Shown here one piece after another: positions 10,832 through 19,947 of a DNA stretch of 64,000 nt. The notes under the pieces were generated by a model. It searched no databases, was not told the DNA's origin, and worked only from the letters and a program-made list of their open reading frames with translations. Positions within the stretch are counted from its first letter, which is position 1. Each line of letters begins with the position of its first letter. The stretch lies in contig JAQUNP010000001.1 of the NCBI GenBank assembly GCA_028717565.1, positions 293,996 to 357,995 of the forward strand, in the 5' to 3' direction. This DNA comes from Patescibacteria group bacterium. GTDB taxonomy: Bacteria; Patescibacteriota; Kazan-3B-28. The position numbers and the translations under genes were made by a program.

Positions 10832-12226
10832 ATGACCACAGACACCGCCAGATTGTGGAAAACGGTTTTGGGCGAGATAGAGGTGGGGATGACCCCCGCC
10901 AGTTTTCAAACCTGGTTCAAAAATACCGATATTGATGAAGTTGACCTCGAGAAGGGCGTGGTAGTGGTGCGCGTCCCTAATGAGTTCACTAAGGGTTGGC
11001 TACAACAAAAGTATCAAAAAGAGATTCATAAGTGTTTGACTCGTCACTTGGACAAAGTGGTGGTGGTGCAATATGTGGTCGGAACCAAAAGGCCCACCCA
11101 ACCGGCCCTGCGTATTGATGAAAAGGTTAGTGGGACTGGGGCCCAGGCCGCACGAGGACTGGATCTCCCAGAGGATCGAGGAGTATTAGTAAAAGACGTC
11201 GAGAGCCTAAACCCGCGCTTTACCTTCGAGCAATTTGTCGAGGGTGAAAACAGTAAATTGTGCTACGCAGCAGCTCAGTCGGTGGCCAAACAACCTGGTT
11301 TGAACTACAACCCTTTGTTTATATACGGCGGAGTAGGTCTAGGGAAAACCCATTTACTACAAGCCATAGGTAATGAGGTTTTGAAAAACAACAAAAAGGC
11401 CCGGGTAGTATATGTGACTTCAGAAAAATTCACCAATGAAATGGTTGAGGCCATTCGGGAAAAGGATACCCGGAAGTTCAAAGAAAAGTACCGCAAGGTG
11501 GACTGTCTGCTCATCGACGACGTCCAATTCCTGGCAGGCAAAGAACAAACCCAGGAAGAGTTTTTCCACACCTTTAATGCTCTCTACAACGATGGACGAC
11601 AGATTGTGTTGACTTCTGACCGTCCACCAAAGGCCATTTCCGCTCTAGAAGACCGCCTCCGCTCTCGTTTTGAGTCGGGTATGATTGCCGACATCTCGAT
11701 CCCCAGCTTCGAAACTCGGTTAGCGATTTTGCACACTAAGTTGGCCGAAAAGGGTAGGGAGATGGATGAAGGCATCTTGAGTTATATCGCCAAACTTGCC
11801 AAAAATAATGTCCGCGAACTAGAAGGGGCTCTCAACCGAGTCGCGGCCTTCTCAGATTTGAATGATGCACCGGCAACTTTAGAAGACGCAAAAAACTTAC
11901 TCGGAGGCATTATGAGCGCCCCGGGAAGAAAGGTGGTTAGACCATCAGAAATCATCAAAGCAGTATCAAATCACTTCAACATCAAAAAAGAGGATTTATC
12001 TGGTCGGAAAAAGACTAGAGAAGTTGTAACAGCCCGGCAAATTTTAGTTTATTTGCTCCGAGAAGAACTGGATATGCCCTATAAACAAATCGGTAGCGAG
12101 ATCGGGGGGCGAGACCACACGACCATCATGCACGACTATAACAAGATGAAAGGGTTGCTCCTTCAAAATGACTTTTTGGGGGAAGAAATCGTAAATATCA
12201 AAAACAAATTGTACGCTGTGGATTAG
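10832..12226 (+). CDS. dnaA: Chromosomal replication initiator DnaA
   Basis: 464 aa. AAA+ Walker A GGVGLGKTHLL, box VII and the C-terminal DNA-binding helix (GGRDHTTIMH). Confidence 0.97.
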   Translation: MTTDTARLWKTVLGEIEVGMTPASFQTWFKNTDIDEVDLEKGVVVVRVPNEFTKGWLQQKYQKEIHKCLTRHLDKVVVVQYVVGTKRPTQPALRIDEKVSGTGAQAARGLDLPEDRGVLVKDVESLNPRFTFEQFVEGENSKLCYAAAQSVAKQPGLNYNPLFIYGGVGLGKTHLLQAIGNEVLKNNKKARVVYVTSEKFTNEMVEAIREKDTRKFKEKYRKVDCLLIDDVQFLAGKEQTQEEFFHTFNALYNDGRQIVLTSDRPPKAISALEDRLRSRFESGMIADISIPSFETRLAILHTKLAEKGREMDEGILSYIAKLAKNNVRELEGALNRVAAFSDLNDAPATLEDAKNLLGGIMSAPGRKVVRPSEIIKAVSNHFNIKKEDLSGRKKTREVVTARQILVYLLREELDMPYKQIGSEIGGRDHTTIMHDYNKMKGLLLQNDFLGEEIVNIKNKLYAVD

Positions 12227-12388
12227 TGTGGGGATACAGATGAAGGGGAGTGTTTTATCCACACCTTATCCACAATGTATGAACATTTTTACCACAACTG
12301 GGGTTTTAAAAAAGATAATTGGTGAGCTTACAATTTAAGTAGTGCACATTTTCAACATCCCTATAATAATTACTTAATTTAAATAATC
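12217..12388. other. Candidate oriC (DnaA-box cluster plus AT-rich unwinding element)
   Basis: Perfect TTATCCACA boxes at 12255-12263 and 12266-12274. Reverse-oriented near-boxes TGTGGATTA (12217-12225, 1 mismatch) and TGGGGATAC (12229-12237, 2 mismatches). A 28-nt tract at 12361-12388 is about 90 percent AT and lies just before dnaN. Confidence 0.6.
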
Positions 12389-13516
12389 ATGACTGAAACT
12401 ATTACTAGTCAGAAGAAAAATGTGGATATCGAAGTATCTTTAGTTTTAGATAAACTAAAAAAAGCCTTGTCTGGACTAGAGCGGGTAGTGAGCGGTAGAA
12501 GTACTCTACCCATTCTTAATAATGTTTTAATCAGGGCTCAAAAAGACGGGGTAGAGATTTCGGCAACTGACTTGGAAATGGGGGTAAAATTCTTCTTGGG
12601 TGGCAAAGTAGAAACCGAAGGAACGATTACAGTGCCTGGTAAAACGCTGTCTAATTTTGTGAACAATTTGCACGGGGATACGGTTTCTTTTACCAGTAAA
12701 GGAAATATTTTATCTCTTTCGTCTGGCGGTATGAATGCGACCATCAATGGAATGTCAGCGGATGAATTTCCGGTTATCCCTGAGGTAGAGGGTGGCAAGG
12801 TGGTGGAGATGCAGACCAACTTGTTTAAAGATCTACTGTCCCAGGTTGATTTTGCTGCTTCTTTTGAAGAGTCGCGTCCGATTTTAACTGGTGTGTATTT
12901 GGTGGCCGACGAAAAAACTATAACCCTCGTGGCGACCGATAGTTATCGGCTGTCAGAAGTAAAGGGCGAGGGGGGACTGAAGGAAAGCTTTTCGGCGGTA
13001 GTACCGGTCAGAACCTTAAACGAGATAAAAAAAGTATTAGGAGACGCACAAAAGTTTGAATTAAGAGTGTGGGAGAATCAGATTATGGTAAAAACCGAGA
13101 GTGTTACCGTGGTATCGCGGATTATAGAGGGTGAGTATCCCAATTACCAGCAAATCATTCCCACAAACTCTGCCACCAAAGTGGAGTTAGAAGTGCAGGA
13201 CCTCATCGATACACTAAAAACTGCCAGTATTTTTTCCGTTGAAGAGTCCAGCAGTGTTAAGTTGGTTGTGTCTACGGATGGGATAGAAGTGACGTCTCAA
13301 TCGTCGCAGCTGGGTAGTTTTTCTTCGCAGCTGCCGGCGCAAGTAGAGGGCGAGGGGGGAGAAATTTCGTTTAATGCCAAGTACATTCTGGATGGCTTGA
13401 ACAGTTTCACTACTCCGAAGTGCATCTTTGAGTTTTCTGGCAAGGGTAGCCCAGGCGTGTTTAAACCTAGCGGGGTAGAGGGACGACTGTATATTGTTAT
13501 GCCCTTGAAGAGCTAG
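12389..13516 (+). CDS. dnaN: DNA polymerase III beta sliding clamp
   Basis: 375 aa with the three-domain clamp pattern (ATDSYRL, C-terminal YIVMPLK). Synteny dnaA-dnaN-recF. Confidence 0.95.
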   Translation: MTETITSQKKNVDIEVSLVLDKLKKALSGLERVVSGRSTLPILNNVLIRAQKDGVEISATDLEMGVKFFLGGKVETEGTITVPGKTLSNFVNNLHGDTVSFTSKGNILSLSSGGMNATINGMSADEFPVIPEVEGGKVVEMQTNLFKDLLSQVDFAASFEESRPILTGVYLVADEKTITLVATDSYRLSEVKGEGGLKESFSAVVPVRTLNEIKKVLGDAQKFELRVWENQIMVKTESVTVVSRIIEGEYPNYQQIIPTNSATKVELEVQDLIDTLKTASIFSVEESSSVKLVVSTDGIEVTSQSSQLGSFSSQLPAQVEGEGGEISFNAKYILDGLNSFTTPKCIFEFSGKGSPGVFKPSGVEGRLYIVMPLKS

Positions 13517-13517
13517 T

Positions 13518-14627
13518 ATGCGTCTAATCTCTCTGGCACTCGAGAACTTTCGAAACATCGAGAGCTTACGTCTTGATGATTTTGGCGATGCTACGGTCTT
13601 GGCGGGGGATAATGCGCAAGGTAAAACTAATATTTTGGAGGCCATCTTTTTTGTAGCTTCGGGGAGCTCTTTTAGGATGTCGAAGGAAGAATTTGTGATA
13701 CGACAAGGTGCCGAGAGTGCCTACATTTTTGCAGATGTGCTAAGTGATGAGGGCCTCTCTCATACTTTGCGAGTGGTTTGGCAGCCGGGTGTGGGTGGTT
13801 TCGACAAGACGGTACAGATAGATGGGCGTGCAGCCAGCCGGATGGATTTGATGCAGGCCTTCCCGGCAGTCATTTTTTCTCCAGAAGATATCGATCTTTT
13901 GCGCTTAAGTCCCTCACACAGGCGTCGGTTTTTGGATTTGTTGGTTGGAAGACATGATGCGGGGTATCGGTCTGACTTGCTGGAATTCACGCGGATTCGC
14001 CGACAGCGCAATCAACTGCTTTTACTGATAAAACAACATAGGGTGGGGACCGAAGAGCTCGATGTGTGGGATGAAAAGATGGCAGCCGCGGGAGCTCGGC
14101 TGGTGGCCAAACGGGCAGAGGCAATAAGTGCGATACAGGCCAGCGTGGCAGAAAAATATTCACTTTTAGCCCAGAATCACAACGGTAATCTGCTGAAGGT
14201 TCGATATGATCCTAGTTTGGGTGTGGCGCGAGAGCGAGATTATTTGGAGCGGTTGCAAAAAAATCGCCCACTCGACATAGCACGGGCAACTACCACCTTA
14301 GGAATTCACCGAGATGATCTGACGTTTGTGTTGAACGGTCAAGACGTGCGTTACACTGCCTCTCGGGGCGAATTCCGGAGTGTGGTGTTGGCTCTTAAAC
14401 TAGCCGAAGGAAAATATTTGCGAGACAAGTTGAAAGAAGCCCCGGTCTTTTTGCTGGACGATGGCTTTTCGGAGCTGGACGAGGGGAGAAAACAGGCCTT
14501 AGCCGATGAAATGAAGGCCTACCAAACGTTGGTGACGACTAATAATGAATACCTGCCCCGACTTTTCAACAACCCCAGAGAATATAAGGTTGAGGCGGGG
14601 AAAGTGGGGATTATGTCTGGCACTTAG
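13518..14627 (+). CDS. recF: DNA replication and repair protein RecF
   Basis: 369 aa. Walker A GDNAQGKTNILEA, SMC-type signature and Walker B (FLLDDGFSELD). Confidence 0.92.
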   Translation: MRLISLALENFRNIESLRLDDFGDATVLAGDNAQGKTNILEAIFFVASGSSFRMSKEEFVIRQGAESAYIFADVLSDEGLSHTLRVVWQPGVGGFDKTVQIDGRAASRMDLMQAFPAVIFSPEDIDLLRLSPSHRRRFLDLLVGRHDAGYRSDLLEFTRIRRQRNQLLLLIKQHRVGTEELDVWDEKMAAAGARLVAKRAEAISAIQASVAEKYSLLAQNHNGNLLKVRYDPSLGVARERDYLERLQKNRPLDIARATTTLGIHRDDLTFVLNGQDVRYTASRGEFRSVVLALKLAEGKYLRDKLKEAPVFLLDDGFSELDEGRKQALADEMKAYQTLVTTNNEYLPRLFNNPREYKVEAGKVGIMSGT

Positions 14628-15471
14628 GACAGAAGTGTGTGCCTCGGCCAGCCAGACGAATTTTTGAGATAGGCCCGCCACAAACTTGGCAGGGGTGGCG
14701 GTTTTGCATGTAAACTTTTAAGTGGTTTTGCATTTTGCCCGGAGAGCCCTCTGGGGTTTTGTAGTTGATGATACTAGTGCCAGAGTGCTTGATACCAAGT
14801 GTTAGTACCTTTTTTATGGCTGCCAATAGCTTGGTGATCTCGGATTTGGTGAGAGAGGCACTTTTGCGAGTGGGACGGATGCCAGCTGCAAACAAAACCT
14901 CATCAGTGTAGATATTACCGAGGCCCGTGATTACGGACTGATCTAATAAGGTGGCTTTAATAGAACTTTTGGGTCGGCTCTTTAAACGGCTCGAAAAATG
15001 ATCAAAAGAAATAACAAAAGGTTCCGGTCCGAGTTTTTTAATAAAAGGGTCGCTTGGGATATCTAGAGTGGGGAGGGACTTGACCCAGCCAAAAACCCTT
15101 TGGTCGTTGAAATAGAGGATGCCCTTGGAGAGCGTAAAAATAACTCGTGTGTGTTTAGATGGCATCGAGCTTGCAAAATCATTGGTGGGATGCCCAAAAT
15201 TAAGACGAGTTCCAGTTTTAGGTACATAAATGAGTTGGCCTGTCATTTTTAGATGGATAAGAAGCGAGTAAGGTACTCCCTCAGTACTTCGGGAAGTCAG
15301 ATCGATTATTATACCTTTGCCACGGCGTGAGATGTTTTTTATCTTGAGCCCAATAGGTTTTTTGCCGAAAAAGGATTTTTTATGTAAAACCCGGACATCT
15401 TTGATGGTTTGGCCAATGATGTGCTTGTTTAACCCCCGGACAATAGTTTCGACTTCAGGCAGTTCTGGCAT
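14611..15471 (-). CDS. mutM: Formamidopyrimidine-DNA glycosylase
   Basis: 286 aa. N-terminal MPELPEVE catalytic Pro2/Glu3 and a C-terminal zinc finger CQVCGGPI...CPKCQ. The 3' end overlaps recF by 17 nt (convergent). Confidence 0.92.
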   Translation of the reverse strand: MPELPEVETIVRGLNKHIIGQTIKDVRVLHKKSFFGKKPIGLKIKNISRRGKGIIIDLTSRSTEGVPYSLLIHLKMTGQLIYVPKTGTRLNFGHPTNDFASSMPSKHTRVIFTLSKGILYFNDQRVFGWVKSLPTLDIPSDPFIKKLGPEPFVISFDHFSSRLKSRPKSSIKATLLDQSVITGLGNIYTDEVLFAAGIRPTRKSASLTKSEITKLLAAIKKVLTLGIKHSGTSIINYKTPEGSPGKMQNHLKVYMQNRHPCQVCGGPISKIRLAGRGTHFCPKCQT

Positions 15472-15474
15472 ATA

Positions 15475-16116
15475 TCAGAAGTTTTTTATCAGTAAGGCAA
15501 TCCATACAAATGGTAGATAAAGTATAGCTATGGTAATAACTCCCAATAAAGACGAAAAAAAGGAGGGATCCATACAGAATAGCGATACTGTTGCAGCGGT
15601 GCTCAAAAGTAGAATGCACCAAAAAGAAACGGTTTTAATATCTTGCTTAGATCTGTATCTTTTCTTGAAAAGCTCATATGTTTGTGAGTAACTGATCTGC
15701 TCTTGCCAACCTGACACCGGGAGTATGATATCTCTGAGTTTGAATTTGGCTCCTGGTATCTTGTTTAGTGTTGTGAGGTGTTCAATAAGCTCAGAATCGT
15801 CATAGTTGTACCAGGTGCTGCGTTCAAAAAGATTAGTGTGCTTTAAATGTTTAAAAAGATGTTCGTAAAAGTTGGTCCAGAGGTTGCTGCCCCAAAAATC
15901 TTTTGGCAGATTCAGGTTTTCTCCTTGACTCTGACTTACAGTAAAAGCAGCGGTTATACTAAAATTGTTTCCAAAGACAAAGAGGTTGATCAGCCGGCCC
16001 CTGTAGTCGTCGATTTCTTTTCTCAGCCATTGCAACCAGACACTCGAGAAAAGAGCTACAATAAGAGCGGCGCCTCCCGTGCTGACGGCTATAATGTTCT
16101 CTAGAGTGTTGGTCAT
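15475..16116 (-). CDS. Hypothetical membrane protein (1 N-terminal and 2 C-terminal TM helices)
   Basis: The ATG at 16116 overlaps the polA TGA stop (ATGA). The track ORF offers an alternative start at 16140. No recognisable motifs. By eye it is more AT-rich than its flanks. Confidence 0.55.
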   Translation of the reverse strand: MTNTLENIIAVSTGGAALIVALFSSVWLQWLRKEIDDYRGRLINLFVFGNNFSITAAFTVSQSQGENLNLPKDFWGSNLWTNFYEHLFKHLKHTNLFERSTWYNYDDSELIEHLTTLNKIPGAKFKLRDIILPVSGWQEQISYSQTYELFKKRYRSKQDIKTVSFWCILLLSTAATVSLFCMDPSFFSSLLGVITIAILYLPFVWIALLIKNF

Positions 16117-18278
16117 TTCCCCTCCCAGCTTTTGCCCCAATCTATATGGACTTCGACAGGGACATCTAGTTTATATACAGTGCCCATAATGGTGGTGACA
16201 AATTTGCCGACTTTCTCGATGTCTTTGTCTGGTACTTCAAAGACAAGTTCGTCGTGCACTTGCAAAAGCATTTGGCTTTTTGGGCTGATTTGGGGCAGTT
16301 TTTTATCTATCTCAATCATGGCGGTTTTGATCATATCAGCCGCTGTGCCTTGGATGGGCATATTGATAGCGGCTCGCTGAGCGGCGCTACGAACAGGGAA
16401 GATATTTGAGTTGATGTCTGATATTTCGCGTCTTCTGCCCAGCAAGGTCTCAACGTAGCCATGGGTCAAGGCAAAGGCGACGATGTCTTTCATGTATTTT
16501 TTGACTCCTGAATAAACTTCAAAATATTTGTCGATATACTCTTTGGCTTGGGGGACAGTCATGTCGGTGCGGGCGGCCAGACCATACGGCGAGACACCAT
16601 ACAATATAGAAAAGTTCACGGTCTTGGCGTCACGGCGTTCGGCTTTGGTGACATCCTCTGGTTTTTTACCAGTCATCTCGGCTGCGGTGCGAGTATGGAT
16701 GTCTTCACCGTTGATGAATGTCTCCATCATCTTTTTGTCTTTAGCCAAAGACGCCACGATGCGAAGCTCAATTTGAGAGTAGTCGGCTTTGAGCAGTTTA
16801 AATCCTTTCGGAGCGATAAACGCCTTTCTGATTTCGGCGCCCAGTTCGGTGCGGATAGGGATATTTTGGAGATTGGGGTCGCGAGAACTTAAACGGCCCG
16901 TGGAGGTCTCTTGCAGGTAGGTGGTGTGGATGCGATTGTTCTCATCGACCATGTTGGGCAGGGTATCAAGGTAGGTGTTTTTGAGCTTAGAGAGCCCACG
17001 ATAATCCAAAATGAGACGAACAATGGGATGTAAATCGATGAGCTTTTCCAGTTCTCCGGCCCCAGTGGAATAGCCCGACTTAGTTCTTTTGATATTCAAA
17101 GTGGGTAGATTTAATTTGTCGAAAAGAATCTCCGAAAGCTGAATGGGGGAGGCGATGTTAAAATCTGTATCGGCTTCTTTTAATATTTTTTTCTCCAACT
17201 TTTCAATATCTTTGCCGACTTGCTCACTCATTTTTTGCAAGAAAGAGACATCGACTAAGATGCCGGCAGCGCTCATTTTTTCTAGGATGGGCTCAAGGGC
17301 TTGATCGAGCTTTTCGGCGCTGGTTAAGCGACCTTTCTTGGCAGTCGCTTGCATCTCTGGAGCAGAGTCAAAGAAGCTGGTTTGGTTTTGAGCGGTGTCG
17401 GTGAGAGTGCCGTTAGGAATCTTGCTCAATAAGCTACGAAAACCATACTTGTGAAAAAACTCTCTTACCTTGCTGGCATCAAACTCTTCGGCGACAGCTT
17501 TTTTAAGGTCTAGTTTGATAGGAATGTTGGTAAGAATGGTGGCTAGGCGTTTGCTTTGAAATGCCATACTCTTGTTATGGTCCAAAAGCTGGCGGGTACG
17601 TTCCGGAATGCCCTGCAGGTGCTCGTAAATATTTTCGATGGTGCCGAATTCTAACAGAAGTTTTTTGGCGCCAATCTCACCAATGCCTTTGACTCCTGGG
17701 ATGTTGTCAGAGGGGTCGCCTCTAAGCCCTTTGAAATCTATCATTTGGTCGGGCTTTAGCCCTTTTTGTTCCAACACGGTTTTTTTATCGTAAATCATAA
17801 TGTCAGCAAATCCTTTTTTGGGGGCATAGACAAAAATGTTGTTGTCTACTAGCTGCAAGGCATCCATATCTCCGGTAGCGATGTAGACGTCTATATCTTT
17901 GGGCGCTTGGGTGGCTAGTGTCCCGATAATGTCATCAGCCTCAAAGCCCTCTTTGGCGAAAACCGGAATGTTGAAGATGTTGGTAAGCTCATGGATGTGA
18001 GGAATTTGGTCGATAAGCTCTTGGTCGGCGGCCTTGCGGGTGGCTTTGTATTCTCCATATTCTTCGTGGCGGAAGGTAGGTTTGCCAGTATCGAAAGCGA
18101 CTGCGATGTATTCGGGTTTAAGTTTTGCAAAGATATTCAAAAGCATTAGGGCATAGCCGTAAATGGCTCCGGTGGGGTGCCCCTGGGTATTGGTTAAGCG
18201 GGCTTGAGCAAAGGCATGATACGCCCTGTGAATGAGGGCGTTCCCATCGATTAGAACTAACTTTTTGCGTTTGGCCAT
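16113..18278 (-). CDS. polA: DNA polymerase I, minimal form (5'-nuclease plus polymerase, no 3'-5' exonuclease domain)
   Basis: 721 aa. The 5'-nuclease/H3TH region covers aa 1-285 (GVKGIGEIGAKKLL). Polymerase motifs are A (DYSQIELRI), B (RRDAKTVNFSILYG) and C (QVHDEL). Only about 40 aa link the two modules. Confidence 0.93.
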   Translation of the reverse strand: MAKRKKLVLIDGNALIHRAYHAFAQARLTNTQGHPTGAIYGYALMLLNIFAKLKPEYIAVAFDTGKPTFRHEEYGEYKATRKAADQELIDQIPHIHELTNIFNIPVFAKEGFEADDIIGTLATQAPKDIDVYIATGDMDALQLVDNNIFVYAPKKGFADIMIYDKKTVLEQKGLKPDQMIDFKGLRGDPSDNIPGVKGIGEIGAKKLLLEFGTIENIYEHLQGIPERTRQLLDHNKSMAFQSKRLATILTNIPIKLDLKKAVAEEFDASKVREFFHKYGFRSLLSKIPNGTLTDTAQNQTSFFDSAPEMQATAKKGRLTSAEKLDQALEPILEKMSAAGILVDVSFLQKMSEQVGKDIEKLEKKILKEADTDFNIASPIQLSEILFDKLNLPTLNIKRTKSGYSTGAGELEKLIDLHPIVRLILDYRGLSKLKNTYLDTLPNMVDENNRIHTTYLQETSTGRLSSRDPNLQNIPIRTELGAEIRKAFIAPKGFKLLKADYSQIELRIVASLAKDKKMMETFINGEDIHTRTAAEMTGKKPEDVTKAERRDAKTVNFSILYGVSPYGLAARTDMTVPQAKEYIDKYFEVYSGVKKYMKDIVAFALTHGYVETLLGRRREISDINSNIFPVRSAAQRAAINMPIQGTAADMIKTAMIEIDKKLPQISPKSQMLLQVHDELVFEVPDKDIEKVGKFVTTIMGTVYKLDVPVEVHIDWGKSWEGK

Positions 18279-18331
18279 AGCTTTATTATAAGCTATAGGT
18301 ATATATCGTCTGTGGGAGGAGGGGGGTAGAC

Positions 18332-19879
18332 ATGGATCCCAAAAGAATTATCTCGTTTATATTAGCAGTTGTCTCGACAGCTGGGTTTGTCTTGCCGGCA
18401 AATTTTGTAAAAGCATTTGAGCAGTTCCCCAGATCTTTGGCTTGGGAACTTGTGTCACAAAGCGGAGATACCCACTATGATTCATTGGGGTATCCGTATG
18501 CGATCCACTATGTGCAACCGGGAGAGACGGTAAATATGTGGGTAACAGTACGCAATCGGTCTCGAAATAGGCAGGCCGAGATGTGGTACGGCAAAAGTGC
18601 CTTGTTAGATGAAGGGCCAAACTATCCCAATGCTCATGCCATAGGTCTGGGCACTTGGGCGCCAATGGACCATGTGCCGAGCTTTTTGGATCCGTCAAGT
18701 TTTGTAATCAACGGCAACCGCTTTGCTTATTATGATGGGTCTCCTATCAACAAGGGACAAACCATGACTTTGCAATTCCAAGTAAAGATAAAAGAGGGGA
18801 TAGCCAATGGTGCCTACGATTTAACAACCTCTTTTGTGAGAGAGTTTGATGAGTGGGGTTGGCGGGATAATGGCAAGGGGCAGAATCACCATTATCGGAG
18901 CATGTTGTGGAAGTTTGTGGTGGGAGGGTCTCCTAGCGTTAGCGCTGTTCCTAAGGTAATTACCAGCCAGATCGAATATGTGGGCTCCAGTCCTCAAGAG
19001 CAGGCCTTCAAAGCTATAGACAAAGACGGTCAGCTGATTTCTACCGTCGGGATACCAAGCGATATGATTAAGGCCTCGGCGGGCAATGTGCAGGTTTTTG
19101 GTTCAAAAATCTACTACATGAGCGGCAGTTATGCTGTAACTAAAGTAGGGCAGATTGACCCCGTGACTCACCAGGTGGATGTTTTAGATTTCACTCAATC
19201 TACCAAATCAAGCGGAGGATCGACACTCTATGGCATTACTGACTGGGCTGTCTCTGATGACAATTCTGAGATTGCCTGGATAGATGGTCAGGGTACGATT
19301 AAAGTGGCCAATATAAATGGCTCTAATCAACGTACTTATTCGACAGACATCAACCCTAGCCCACAGACGGATTTAGAGTTTGTCGATGGTGTAGTGTATT
19401 ACAATACAGGGGATCTTGTACAACAGATATGGCGAATCGGCCAAGATGGTAGTTATTCGGTACTGGCTGATGATAAGGCGGCCAACACTAGTTTTGCTGT
19501 CTCTCCCAACAATAAATATTTGGCCTACTTTACTTGGCCGGATAGTACGGCTGAGTTAGTAGTAAAAAACTTAATTACAAGCCAAACTTATTCAAAGGAG
19601 ATCCCAGCTGATATTATTTATGATCCGATTTTTTCGCCTGACGAGTCACTAGTGGCTGTTTTCGGACACGACTTCCCGAATGGTACTGATACCTCTTGGA
19701 TTATGTATTCGAACAGCATGCAACAAGCGTACAGCTTCTCTGGCTATGTTTATGACTTTCTAAGTAACAGCCGATTATTGGCTAACTTTAATTCCAGCGG
19801 GATTTATTCGGCTAGTCTAAACGGACAGGGTGCAATCTTGTTGAGCACGGATTCTTTCGAGGGTATACTAGACGGCTAG
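18332..19879 (+). CDS. Secreted protein: Ig-like N-domain plus TolB/PD40-like beta-propeller
   Basis: 515 aa. Signal peptide ending ...NFVKA. The N-domain shares the LGT..P.D..S.F...NR pattern with the repeats of the SpoIID protein at 46 kb. C-terminal FSPDESLVAV-type propeller repeats. Strong SD GGGAGGAGG. Confidence 0.6.
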   Translation: MDPKRIISFILAVVSTAGFVLPANFVKAFEQFPRSLAWELVSQSGDTHYDSLGYPYAIHYVQPGETVNMWVTVRNRSRNRQAEMWYGKSALLDEGPNYPNAHAIGLGTWAPMDHVPSFLDPSSFVINGNRFAYYDGSPINKGQTMTLQFQVKIKEGIANGAYDLTTSFVREFDEWGWRDNGKGQNHHYRSMLWKFVVGGSPSVSAVPKVITSQIEYVGSSPQEQAFKAIDKDGQLISTVGIPSDMIKASAGNVQVFGSKIYYMSGSYAVTKVGQIDPVTHQVDVLDFTQSTKSSGGSTLYGITDWAVSDDNSEIAWIDGQGTIKVANINGSNQRTYSTDINPSPQTDLEFVDGVVYYNTGDLVQQIWRIGQDGSYSVLADDKAANTSFAVSPNNKYLAYFTWPDSTAELVVKNLITSQTYSKEIPADIIYDPIFSPDESLVAVFGHDFPNGTDTSWIMYSNSMQQAYSFSGYVYDFLSNSRLLANFNSSGIYSASLNGQGAILLSTDSFEGILDG

Positions 19880-19892
19880 AACTTAGGGGAAT

Positions 19893-19928
19893 AAAATCAA
19901 CGGCTCAAATCTTGAGCCGTTGATTTTT
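19893..19928. terminator. Bidirectional intrinsic terminator between convergent genes
   Basis: Perfect palindrome AAAATCAACGGCTCAA-atc-TTGAGCCGTTGATTTT with an A-run on one side and a T-run on the other. Confidence 0.8.
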
Positions 19929-19947
19929 GGTGTCTTGAAAGGTGTTT

